Origin: Vicinamibacterales bacterium
GTDB lineage: Bacteria; Acidobacteriota; Vicinamibacteria; Vicinamibacterales; JAMQPK01
DNA length: 64,000 nt
NCBI GenBank assembly: GCA_963746535.1
Contig: CAVVBP010000010.1
Coordinates: 899,209 to 963,208, forward strand
Direction: 5' to 3'
Each line of letters starts with the position of its first letter. Within the stretch, counting starts at the first letter, position 1. Of this stretch, positions 1-9,240 are shown piece by piece. Both the position numbers and the translations under genes were made by a program. The notes under the pieces are model-generated. The model did no database searches. It had not been told where the DNA came from and saw nothing but the letters and a program-made list of their open reading frames with translations.

Positions 1-1201
1 ACGCGTAACAGGATGAGCGAGGTGGTCATCCGTTCTCACAAGTTTCATAACACCAGCAGCCGTAAGCGCGACGGCAATAGCCGCGGCGCCTGCCGCGATC
101 AGAATCACACGACGATGCGCACGCGTTGACAGGGAGCTCACGAGCGGGTTGGATGTCGTTTCGAGATCGACGCCGCGCGTCGCCAATATCGCGAAGCCGT
201 TGCTTCGGATCTTTCTCGAAACAACGCCGCAACAGCTCGCGCACTGCTGGCGGCGTGGCGGTCGGCAGCACGGACCAGTCGGGCTCGCGCTCGAGGATGG
301 CTGCAATGACATCCGAGACGGTCTGGCCCCGAAACGCCAAGCGGCCGGTGAGCATTTCATAGAGCACGCAACCGAACGCCCAGATGTCGGTGCGCTTATC
401 GACCGGCAGCGCCGCGTGCCTGCTCGGGGCTCATGTACGGCGGGTGTGCCGAAAATAGCGCCTTCCCGGGTGGCCAGCGTCTCGGTCGCCGGCGCGTTCG
501 ATTGATTCGATGAATGCGCGAACTTCGCCAGCCCGAAGTCCAGCACTTTCACCTGGCCGTCTGCCGTGAGTTTGATGTTCCCGGGCTTGAGATCGCGATG
601 GATGATGCCTTTTTCGTGTGCGGCGTCGAGCGCTTCGGCAATCTGTCGCGCGATCTTCAGCGCATCGCCCATCGAGACAGGTCCCTTGCAGGATCCGCTC
701 GGCGAGTGTGGGCCCTTCCACGAGCTCCAACACCAGCGCCGCGATGCCAGACGATTCCTCAAATCCGTGAATGGTGCCGATGTGCGGGTGGTTTAGTGAA
801 GCAAGTACCCGCGCCTCGCGCTGGAACCTGGAGAGGCGTTCAGGATCGGACGCAATGCCGGCCGGCAGCACTTTGATCGCCACATCGCGACCGAGCTTTG
901 TATCGCGCGCGCGATACACTTCGCCCATCCCGCCCGCGCCGAGCAGCGAGTCAATTCGATAGACGCCGATCTGTTTGCCGATCAGCTCTTCCGTGCCAAT
1001 CCCCAATCCCGAATCCCGAATCCCTAGTCCTGTTCCGAGTGCGTCAGCGCGACTCTGATTGGCGAGCAGGGATTCCACCTCCCCGCGCAGCACATCGTCG
1101 CCAGCGCACGCGTCGCGCACGAACGCCGCACGATCAACCGGCGAGCGCTCGAGCGCGTCGTGACAGATGTCTTCGATGCGCCGCCAGCGGTCGCCGCTCA
1201 T
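1..1201 (-). pseudogene. Ser/Thr protein kinase (ECF43-linked type); 3' end lies beyond window start; four +1 frameshifts as assembled
   Basis: ORF 431..1201 gives the [20 protein letters not shown]-domain plus kinase N-lobe ([17 protein letters not shown]). HRDLKPGNI and DFG are readable in the frame opening at 672. ORF 26..367 gives the C-lobe ([10 protein letters not shown]). A TM segment [17 protein letters not shown] lies in a frame that stays open to nt 1. The start overlaps the upstream kinase stop (ATGA). Confidence 0.85.
996..1030 (-). repeat. GGGATT-family hexamer tract inside kinase linker coding sequence (encodes [11 protein letters not shown])
   Basis: Minus strand reads GGGATTCGGGATTCGGGATTGGGGATTGG, four G-runs with 3-4 nt loops. 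It sits at the same position in all three kinase paralogs. Confidence 0.8.
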
Positions 1202-4079
1202 TCCCTAGTCACGCCCGAGCGTTCGGCGAGCACGATGTCGCTCGACCATTGGACGTAGCCCATGATGAGGGACGAACCGTCGCTGCTCCAGGCCATGCCC
1301 CGCAGATACACGCCGGGCCGGAGGTCCGGCAACTTCCGCGGTGGCTGAGTACCGCCAGGCTCGAAAATCCAGATGTACCCCGCACGTGGGCCGGGCAGTC
1401 CCGCGACGGCCAAAAGCCGCCCATCTGGTGACCAGGACATGAAACCGTTGCCGAACAGGTCTGCGACATCCGGCAGTCCGGTGTAGAGCGGCTTGCCAGT
1501 GCTGCTTACAAAACGCAGCACCGCCGGTGACGGTTCCACGTACGCGATCACATCTTCGCGCGGCGACCAGGCCGGCGCGTGCGCCGCAAGCGGCGTAGAC
1601 ACGCGGCGAGTACGCCCGTCGGCCACCGATACGATGGAGAGACCCGGTACCTTAGCTCCCGGCGTCGCGTACACAATCTCGCGTCCGTCGGGCGACCGAG
1701 CTGAGAGTGTCGAGTACGTCTGCAACAAGAACGAGGCGTGGGGCACCACCCTCGGCGCTCACCACCCAGATACCGCGGCGTCCACCGCGATCCGACACGA
1801 ATGCCACTTGCTGTCCGTCTGGAGAGAACACGGGCCTATCGTCCAGCGCAGGACCCGACGTCAATGGTGTCGGTTGGGTGAGATTTCCCGCCGCCGTCCA
1901 GATGTGACGGTTGCCGTCACGAGACGAGCTGAATAACAAGCGCTGCCCGTCGCGGGACCAGGACGGATCGAAGTCGCCGGTGAAACCATCGGTCAGTGGC
2001 TCGAGCTCGATGGGACGGTCGAATACCACCTGAGCACGCACCAGCCTCTGTCGTGCGTCCACCGACGTGGCGACAAGCCGGCGGCCGTCTGGTGTCACAG
2101 AAGGCGCACCATACTCCCCGACACCGGTCGTCAACCGATGATCCAGTCCCGTCCGAAAGTCGCGCCACCAGAGGCTGAGATCGACGCTGTCTGGATTTGC
2201 CGCATAGTAGAGGCCACGGCCATCAGGACTTGGAAAAGGATATGCCGCGCGCCGCGCGCTCTTCACAACGGGTTCAATCGCGCCGCTGGACGCCAGCGCT
2301 CGATACACCTCCGTCGGCTCGGTGTTGAAATTCTGAATCCCGTAGTTGAAGTAAATGTACTGTCCATCCGGCGACCACCGTGTCCAGTGGATGTGCCGGC
2401 CGTTCTGTATCGGAACAAGCTCGCGTACGTTCTGCCCGTCGGCATCGGCGATGCCAAGGGCGTCGCCCGCGGAACCTCTCCCGCGCGTGAATGAAACCTG
2501 CTTGCCGTCGGGAGACCAGTGGAGGCCGGAATCGGGTGCTTTCAAAAGGGGCCGCGGAACTCCACCAAGCGGGGCTGCAATGACCCACGAATACGTGCCC
2601 ACCTGATCTGGCCGTCGGGCGTCGAAAGCGATCTGCGTTCCGTCGGGCGAGATGTCGAGACCGCTGATGAAATCCTGCGACTGCACGACAAGGCCCGTCG
2701 ACGCGGTGAGGTTAGCTGGATCACCGCCCGCCACGAACTTGACCCAGACGTCAGTCTGTCCGCGGGCGTCCGAGAGATACGCGACCCACTTGCCATCCGG
2801 GGAGATGGCAGGCGCGAATCTGTACGCCGGGGTCGACACCAGTCGCACGATACGATCGAACACGGGGACGGCGTCGGGCGCAGTGCGCAGGGCCAGAACG
2901 GCGATGAGTGTGGCACTCACACCCGCGGTCGCCGAAAGGGCGCTCCAGAGGAGCGTCGATCGGCGGGCGCTCTTGATCGGTTTTGAGGGTGACGCCGTGG
3001 TCGTTTGCAGCGAAGGCCCATCAACGTCTTTCAGCACCGCGCGCGCGTCGCCGATGTCGCGAAGGCGGAGCTTCGGGTCCTTCTCGAGACAATGGCGCAT
3101 CAACCGCAGGACCGCGGGAGGAGTAGCCGCTGGTAGTGCGGTCCAGTCGGGCTCGCGGTCCACGACCGCAGCTAACGTGTCGGTGATCGTCGCGCGTAAG
3201 AAGGACGCCCTCCGCGTCAGCATTTCGTACAACACGCAACCGAACGCCCAGATGTCGGCGCGCTTATCGACCGGCTGGCCGCGCGCCTGCTCGGGGCTCA
3301 TGTAGGCGGCCGTCCCGAGGATCGCGCCTCCACGCGTCCCACCGACGGTCACCGTCGGCGACTGGGTCAGATCCGGTCCGCGACTCGCCGGCAAACACCT
3401 TGGCCAGGCCAAAGTCGAGCACCTTCACGACGCCGTCGGGCGTGATCTTGATATTGGCAGGCTTCAGATCCCGGTGGACGATCCCTCTCTCATGCGCAGC
3501 ATCGAGCGCATCCGCGATCTGCTTCGCGATCCCCAGCGCTTCGCTAAGGGAGAGCGGACCCTTCGCCACACGATCGGCTAACGTCAGGCCCTCAACCAGT
3601 TCCAACACCAACGCACGGTGCTCCGTCCGACTCCTCGACGCCGTAGATCGCCGCCGATGTGTGGATGATTGAGCGACGCGAGCATGCGTGCCTCGCGCTC
3701 GAAGCGTGCCAGCCGGTCGGGATCCGTCGTAAACGCGCGCGGGCAAGAACTTGACGGCCACATCGCGCCCCAGCTTCGTATCGCGCGCGCGATAGACCTC
3801 GCCCATCCCGCCCGCACCGAGCAGCGACACAACCTTGTAAACGCCGATCTGCGTACCGATCAGCTCTTCCGTACGCATTCCCAATCCCGAATCCCGAATC
3901 CCTAATCCCGTTCCGACTGCGTCCGCGCGACTCTGGTTGGCGAGCAGGGATTCCACCTCCCCGCGCAGCACATCGTCGCCAGCGCACGCGTCGCGCACGA
4001 ACGCCGCACGATCATCCGGACGGCGCTCGAGCGCGTCGTGGCAGATGTCTTCGATACGCCGCCAGCGGTCGCCGCTCAC
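1198..4079 (-). pseudogene. Ser/Thr kinase - TM - PD40/TolB-like beta-propeller; multiple frameshifts as assembled
   Basis: Fragments are collinear with the intact paralog 5023..7890. ORF 3264..4160 has [19 protein letters not shown] from GTG 4079, HRDLKPANI and DFG. ORF 3584..3832 has [27 protein letters not shown] 1652..3412 has MSPEQARG, the C-lobe, a TM and SPDG-type propeller repeats. ORF 1198..1749 holds the last blades. Confidence 0.85.
3878..3910 (-). repeat. GGGATT-family hexamer tract inside kinase linker coding sequence
   Basis: Minus strand reads GGGATTAGGGATTCGGGATTCGGGATTGGG, five G-runs. It encodes [11 protein letters not shown]. Confidence 0.8.
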
Positions 4080-4159
4080 TTCTTCAGTCAGCGAGTGTAA
4101 GGAACAGGCATCGGGACTCGAGCCCGTGAGGGATTGTACTTGCCCTCCGCAACTTCCCA

Positions 4160-4232
4160 TGGCCCATTTCGGGGGGCTTTCCCGCCTCTCTGTCCACGGC
4201 CGGAATGCCCCGGCCGCGAGGAGGGCGTCGCG
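4160..4232 (+). promoter_or_regulatory. Conserved 5' leader of the HExxH gene family, diverged copy
   Basis: TGGCCCATTTCG...TTTCCCGCC block, then hairpin GGCCGG-aatgcc-CCGGCC, then SD GAGGAGGG 6 nt before ATG 4233. Partial anti-SD pairing remains (CGCCT with GGGCG). Confidence 0.45.
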
Positions 4233-4832
4233 ATGGGCCGTCTTACCCGAGTTGCTGGATTGGTGCTATGCGCGGCAATGACAGGCTGGCAGCCGGCGGC
4301 AGCTCAGACACCGGAGCGTCTCAGGGTGAAGGTGCTGCTTCAGGACGAAGCCGGGGCGCCAGCCGACCTGCTCGAAGAGGCAAAACGCGCGGCCGCGCGC
4401 GTGTTCGGGCTCTCGAACATCGACCTCGAGTGGCTCGAACCCGGGCCCTATCAGCCTCGCTCTCTCACCCTGAGGGTTGTGGCGGCACCGATCGGCACCG
4501 AGAGCCGTCATCGCTTCGTCCTGGGGATGGCGCCGGGAACGCTAAAGGCACGGGGGATCATCGCCTTCGCCTTCTATGACCGCATTCAGATCTACGGTGC
4601 GGACCTCGGACTCGATGGCTCTCAGATGCTCGGCCATGTGATCGCGCACGAACTCGGTCATCTGCTGCTGCCGTATGACGCGCATTCCCTTACGGGCGTT
4701 ATGCGTAGGGGTTGGGATGAAGCCCAGGCGAACCAGGCAAGGATGGGACTACTGACGTTTACACCACATCAGGCGGCGCTGATACGCGAGCGTCTGTCCG
4801 CTTCCCCTTCGCGTCATGCACCTGCCCGATGA
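4233..4832 (+). CDS. Small secreted HExxH metalloprotease-like protein, paralog 1
   Basis: In frame within ORF 4134..4832; ATG 4233 has an SD. Signal-peptide-like [25 protein letters not shown]. Motif [23 protein letters not shown]. Confidence 0.75.
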   Translation: MGRLTRVAGLVLCAAMTGWQPAAAQTPERLRVKVLLQDEAGAPADLLEEAKRAAARVFGLSNIDLEWLEPGPYQPRSLTLRVVAAPIGTESRHRFVLGMAPGTLKARGIIAFAFYDRIQIYGADLGLDGSQMLGHVIAHELGHLLLPYDAHSLTGVMRRGWDEAQANQARMGLLTFTPHQAALIRERLSASPSRHAPAR

Positions 4833-5022
4833 CGAGAGTAGTGAACAGGCACAGTTATGGCACCATAGCCAGCCGACGGCGATGGTCGGTTAGTGCGGCA
4901 GTTGCTGCATCCACCCGATGGCAATCATGTTCGTCGAGGCTTCCTGGGGCAGGTGGAAAGCCAAGACCTACGCGCGAACGCGCGACCTCAAGACGCAGGG
5001 GCGTGTCGCGCTCAAGCTTGCC

Positions 5023-7890
5023 CTATGGACCGCGGTCGTTCAACCAGAAGTGATCGAACATGACAATGTGACTGACCTCGTCGTTCCGGTTGACGACGAC
5101 TGCGCGTCCCTCGTCGGTCCAACCGGCCCGGAACGTGACGTGAAACGGCAGTCTAGCGGCAATTCGCGACTGGCCCGTCGCGACGTCGAAAATTCGAACG
5201 ACATCGTGCTCGCGGTCTTCGCGAAACGGCGCGCTGATCTCTCGTCCATCCGGCCTGAAAACGGGCAGTGAGTAATTGCCGCCCGTAACAGGCCGCTCCC
5301 AGACAGGCGCACCCCGTTCCACGTCGATGAGTCGCACACCACTGCCAGCGCTCGAGCCCGTCGTGACGATCCACGTACCGCTCCCGTCTGGGCGAGCGAT
5401 CCAGTCGCCGCGGAATCCCTGATCCAACAGCTTCTCCGGCGACCCTCCCGAGGCGCGGATCCGCCAGGTTTCTTGCCGATCGACACGATAGGTCTGATAC
5501 GCAATCCATTCACCATCAGGCGACCATACCGGCCAGGAATCGGCAGGCTCATCACTTGTGAGCTGCCGCAGGTCGGAACCATCGACTCGCTGGGTCCAGA
5601 TGTCCGAATGTCCCGATGCAATCGACGCAAACGCCACGCGTGTGCCGTCCGGTGACAGTGAGGAGTGTGAGATCGCATCACCCGGCACCGTTGTGATCTG
5701 GGATAGGTGCGCGCCGGGATCGGGAGGTGCAGTCCACAGATTGCGGCTGCCACTCGCCGGACTGTTGAAGAGCATTGTTCGTCCATCACGGGACACGAAC
5801 GTCCACAGAGGACCCGCGAACTCGCCAATCAGTCGAACTGCGGCTCGCCCGTTCGTGTCGGGATCGGACCCGAGCGGAACCTTCCAGATTTCCTGTAAGT
5901 AATGGAGGCGTGTCGCGATCAGACGCGATCCGTCAGCCGACACACTTGGTGCATAGAGCCCGTCTCCGACGGTCGTTGTCAGGCGAACGATGGAGCCGTC
6001 CTGGGTATCGAGGACGCCAAGATCGGCGGGCGCCTGCTGTCTCGCCAGCGGCAGGTAGGAAATGACCAGATGCCGGTTGTCTGGCAACCACACCGGCTGT
6101 CCGCCGTCATTGGCGGTCGAGAGCTGCGCCACTCGACGCTGCTGTCCTGTCGACGCATCGACGACGAACACATTGGTCGGTCCGAAAAGCGCCCCATCCG
6201 AATACGTGATCGAGCGGCTATCGGGAGACCACGCTGGACGGCCAACATTGTTTCTGATGCGTTCGACGAGCGTTCGAGCGCCGCTCCCGTCGAGCGCCAT
6301 CACGCCAATGGTCCAGCCATCCTTCCCGCGGGTCAGATATGCCAGGCGTTTTCCATCAGGTGATGGTGCCGGCGTCTGCGCGCTGTCGATGACCTTTCGC
6401 GGTTGTCCGCCCAACGCGCCGGTTCGCCAGATTCCGGTGCCGGCCTCGTCGATGCGCGTGTAATAGATCGTGTCCCCGTCGGGGGCGAAGGCCGGGCGCT
6501 CTTCTTCCGCGGCGTCGCTCGTGAGCCGGACTGGCTCGCCTCCCGACACCTGACGCAGATAGATGTCTGGTGTACCGCCATGATTCGACACGAAGACGAA
6601 CGACCGACCGTCAGGAGACAGTGATCCTCCGGACTCGGTCCCGTCGTAGTTGGTGAGCTGGCTTGCAATTATTCGCGCAGGCACTCCTCCGGAAGACGAT
6701 ACCGTTGCAAGCCGGGTCAACGCGATCGCAACGACGACGGCGCTGATTACAACCCCGGCAATCGCGCCCGCGGCAACCAGAGGCCAGCGCAGGGGCTTTC
6801 TCCCGGACTCAAGCGCTGAATCGGGTTCAGGGGCTGGCGCTCCAGAAGGCGCATCGTCCAACTCGATCCGCGCATCGGCGATGTCGCGCAGTCGTTGGCG
6901 GACGTCCGTTTCAAGACATCGCTGAATCAGACGAGTGATTGGTCGTGGTGTCGCCGAGAGGATAGACCAGTTCGGTCTGCCTTCGACCACAGCGGCCAAC
7001 GTGTCGGTCAGAGTGTCCCGCGCGAAGGCGGCGCGGCCCGCCAACATCTCGTACAGGACGCAGCCGAACGCCCAGATGTCCGTACGCTTATCCACTGGCA
7101 ACCCGCGCGCCTGTTCGGGGCTCATGTAGGCGGGTGTGCCGAAAATGGCGCCTTCCCGGGTGGCTAGCGTCTCGGTGGCCGGCATGCCCGATTGATTCGA
7201 TGAGTGCGCAAACTTCGCCAGGCCGAAGTCCAGCACTTTCACCTGGCCCTCTGCCGTGAGCTTGATGTTCGCGGGCTTCAGGTCGCGATGAACAATCCCT
7301 TTCTCGTGGGCGACATCCAACGCTTCGGCAATCTGCCGCGCGATCTTCAGCGCCTCGCCCATCGAGACCGGCCCTTTAAGGATTCGCTCGGCGAGCGTCG
7401 GGCCTTCCACGAGCTCCAACACCAGCGCCGCGATGCCATCGGATTCCTCGAATCCGTGAATCGCGCCGATGTGCGGATGGTTCAGGGAGGCGAGCACGCG
7501 CGCTTCGCGTTGGAACCTGGTGAGGCGCTCGGGATCGGACGCAATGCCGGCCGGCAGCACTTTGATGGCGACATCCCGCTGCAGCTTCGTATCTCGCGCG
7601 CGATACACTTCGCCCATCCCGCCCGCGCCGAGCAGCGACACCACCTTGTAAACGCCGATCTGCGTACCGATCAGCTCTTCCGTGCTCATCCCCAATCTCG
7701 AAGCACGAATCCCGAATCCCGTTCCGAGTGCGTCCGCCCGACTCTGGTTGGCGAGCAGCGATTCCACTTCGGCGCGCAGGCCCTCGTCGTTGCCGCACGT
7801 CTCGCGCACGAACGTCGACCGCTCGCCCGGAGCGTGCTCGAGCGCGGCGTACACGATCTCTTCGACCCGCCGCCAGTCGCTAATCTCCAA
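5023..7890 (-). CDS. Ser/Thr protein kinase - TM - PD40/TolB-like beta-propeller (intact, 955 aa)
   Basis: ORF 5023..7890 with a TTG start 15 nt after the sigma stop. N-domain EISDWRRVEEIVYAALE; [36 protein letters not shown] segment LVAAGAIAGVVISAVVVAIAL. Many SPDG/WSPDG propeller repeats. Confidence 0.9.
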   Translation of the reverse strand: MEISDWRRVEEIVYAALEHAPGERSTFVRETCGNDEGLRAEVESLLANQSRADALGTGFGIRASRLGMSTEELIGTQIGVYKVVSLLGAGGMGEVYRARDTKLQRDVAIKVLPAGIASDPERLTRFQREARVLASLNHPHIGAIHGFEESDGIAALVLELVEGPTLAERILKGPVSMGEALKIARQIAEALDVAHEKGIVHRDLKPANIKLTAEGQVKVLDFGLAKFAHSSNQSGMPATETLATREGAIFGTPAYMSPEQARGLPVDKRTDIWAFGCVLYEMLAGRAAFARDTLTDTLAAVVEGRPNWSILSATPRPITRLIQRCLETDVRQRLRDIADARIELDDAPSGAPAPEPDSALESGRKPLRWPLVAAGAIAGVVISAVVVAIALTRLATVSSSGGVPARIIASQLTNYDGTESGGSLSPDGRSFVFVSNHGGTPDIYLRQVSGGEPVRLTSDAAEEERPAFAPDGDTIYYTRIDEAGTGIWRTGALGGQPRKVIDSAQTPAPSPDGKRLAYLTRGKDGWTIGVMALDGSGARTLVERIRNNVGRPAWSPDSRSITYSDGALFGPTNVFVVDASTGQQRRVAQLSTANDGGQPVWLPDNRHLVISYLPLARQQAPADLGVLDTQDGSIVRLTTTVGDGLYAPSVSADGSRLIATRLHYLQEIWKVPLGSDPDTNGRAAVRLIGEFAGPLWTFVSRDGRTMLFNSPASGSRNLWTAPPDPGAHLSQITTVPGDAISHSSLSPDGTRVAFASIASGHSDIWTQRVDGSDLRQLTSDEPADSWPVWSPDGEWIAYQTYRVDRQETWRIRASGGSPEKLLDQGFRGDWIARPDGSGTWIVTTGSSAGSGVRLIDVERGAPVWERPVTGGNYSLPVFRPDGREISAPFREDREHDVVRIFDVATGQSRIAARLPFHVTFRAGWTDEGRAVVVNRNDEVSHIVMFDHFWLNDRGP
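7688..7722 (-). repeat. Degenerate GGGATT-family tract in kinase linker coding sequence
   Basis: Minus strand reads GGGATTCGGGATTCGTGCTTCGAGATTGGGG, encoding GFGIRASRLGM. Same position as in the other two kinases but decayed. Confidence 0.6.
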
Positions 7891-7905
7891 TCCCTAATCC
7901 CTAAA
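7887..7905 (-). repeat. TTAGGG-like hexamer tract forming the sigma-kinase intercistronic spacer
   Basis: Minus strand reads TTTAGGGATTAGGGATTGG between the sigma stop (7906) and the kinase TTG (7890). It is purine-rich and may serve as the SD. Confidence 0.7.
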
Positions 7906-8559
7906 TCACTTTCTCCGGAGCTCCCTAAGCAACCAAAGTTTGGCCATCGTCCAGTCGCGCTTCACCGTTCGCACCGACATATCCAGGGCTTCGGCCGTTT
8001 CCTCGATGCTCAACCCGCCAAAGAAGCGCAGCTCGACCACCTGGCTTTTTCTCGGGTCGATCTGCTCCAACGCTTTCAGCGCGTCGTCCAGCGCGATGAC
8101 ATCCGCAGGCTGTTCCACGACACCAACTCGACCTTCGTCGAGCGTCACGTTGTGCGCACCAGCGCCGCGCTTCTGGTATCCGCGGGCGCGCGCACCGTCG
8201 ACCAGGACTTGTCGCATGAGGCGCGAAGACATCGCAAAAAAGTGCGCACGGTCCTGCCATTTGACTTGCCGGGAGTCGACCAGCTTGAGGTAGGCCTCAT
8301 TGACGAGCGCGGTCGGCTGAAGGGTGTGCCCCACGCGCTCGTGTCCCATATGCCGGCGGGCAATGCGGCGCAACTCGGCATGGACCATGGGAACGAGGCG
8401 ATCGAACGCAGCGTCATCGCCGTGTCCCCAGGCCAGGAGGAGCGCCGTTACCTCGGGGTTTGCAGGAATTGGCACCGGAAACCGAGCCGGCGCCCATTCT
8501 ATCCGTCGTTCCTGTCCGGCGTCGTCCTTTCCTCCCACTAATCCCTCCCCAATCCCCAA
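7906..8559 (-). CDS. ECF sigma factor, STK-associated type (ECF43 / Sigma70_ECF PF07638-like)
   Basis: VTALLLAWGHGDDAAFDRLVPMVHAELRRIARRHM..HTLQPTALVNEAYLKLV, with a C-terminal region-4 HTH (LSIEETAEALDMSVRTVKRDW). The longest ORF starts at TTG 8559 inside a repeat; the true start is probably internal, e.g. GTG 8475. Confidence 0.85.
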   Translation of the reverse strand: MGIGEGLVGGKDDAGQERRIEWAPARFPVPIPANPEVTALLLAWGHGDDAAFDRLVPMVHAELRRIARRHMGHERVGHTLQPTALVNEAYLKLVDSRQVKWQDRAHFFAMSSRLMRQVLVDGARARGYQKRGAGAHNVTLDEGRVGVVEQPADVIALDDALKALEQIDPRKSQVVELRFFGGLSIEETAEALDMSVRTVKRDWTMAKLWLLRELRRK

Positions 8560-8563
8560 TCAC
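8531..8563 (-). repeat. GGGATT-family hexamer tract upstream of, or in the 5' end of, the sigma ORF
   Basis: Minus strand reads GTGATTGGGGATTGGGGAGGGATTAGTGGGAGG. Confidence 0.7.
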
Positions 8564-8579
8564 TGTTCGGGTGCCCCGA

Positions 8580-8652
8580 TGGCCCTTTTCGCTCCCGTTT
8601 CCCGCCTCCGGGTTCACGGCCGGGATTCACCCGGCCCCCGGAGGAGGACGAG
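8580..8652 (+). promoter_or_regulatory. Conserved structured 5' leader of HExxH paralog 2 (SD-sequestering helix)
   Basis: TGGCCCTTTTCGCTCCCGTTTCCCGCCTCC is identical in three copies. CCTCCGGG (8605-8612) pairs with CCCGGAGG (8637-8644, overlapping the SD). This encloses the hairpin GGCCGGG-ATTCA-CCCGGCC (8618-8636). ATG at 8653. Confidence 0.55.
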
Positions 8653-9240
8653 ATGGGCCGGGCAGTTTGGATTGCTGGACTGGGGTTGGTGGCGGCTCTC
8701 GCAGCAAGCGATCGCTGCGCTGCGGAAACCATCGAACCGTTGGCCCTCGAGGTACTCGTAATTGACGAGGTGGGTGTTCCCGCCGACACGCTGCGGCAGG
8801 CCCAACAGGAAGCGAGTCGCATCTTAGGAGCTGTGGGGATCAGGCTCGTATGGGTCAGTGGCCAAATGCCGCAGGGTGCTCGTTATCTCGTCATCAGGGT
8901 CATCTCGGAGCCCATGAGCCCCATGACCAGGAACGCTAGTGTGCTCGGCACAGCGGCGTCCTCCAAGAGCAACGGCGCGACGACGGCATCGCTTTTCTAT
9001 GAGCGAATAGTCCAGGAGTCTGGCCGACTTGGAGTTGACGCTTCCCTTCTGCTCGGCCACGTGATGGCGCACGAGATGGGGCATCTACTCCTTCCAGGTG
9101 GATCGCACACACCAACGGGATTGATGAAAGCCGGCTGGGATAGACACCAGTCGGTGCTGGCGTCGACCGGCAAATTGACTTTCGCGCCCAACCAGGCGTC
9201 GCTGATTCGTGCGCGCCTCAGCACGCGAACGAATCCCTAA
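8653..9240 (+). CDS. Small secreted HExxH metalloprotease-like protein, paralog 2
   Basis: ORF 8653..9240. Signal-peptide-like MGRAVWIAGLGLVAALAASDRCAAE. Motif HVMAHEMGHLLLPGGSHTPTGLM. Confidence 0.8.
   Translation: MGRAVWIAGLGLVAALAASDRCAAETIEPLALEVLVIDEVGVPADTLRQAQQEASRILGAVGIRLVWVSGQMPQGARYLVIRVISEPMSPMTRNASVLGTAASSKSNGATTASLFYERIVQESGRLGVDASLLLGHVMAHEMGHLLLPGGSHTPTGLMKAGWDRHQSVLASTGKLTFAPNQASLIRARLSTRTNP

Noticed and set aside
7204-8541. Long antisense ORFs such as 7204..8541 (+), 15676..16947 (+), 19282..20709 (+), 33325..34827 (+), 45071..46660 (+), 12406..13395 (+) and 59424..60317 (-)
   Set aside because: Each lies opposite a gene with clear family motifs. They are rich in Arg/Ala/Gly/Pro and have no recognisable domains. 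These are typical shadow ORFs of high-GC DNA.
8580-8594. Reading TGGCCC-TTTTC-GCT in the conserved leader block as a sigma54 -24/-12 promoter
   Set aside because: The GG and GC dinucleotides are 10 nt apart rather than the 12 required by TGGCAC-N5-TTGC, and sigma54 spacing is strict. I also could not find a convincing GGAAC...CGT ECF-type promoter on the plus strand. A GGGAAAC on the minus strand is noted but unsupported.
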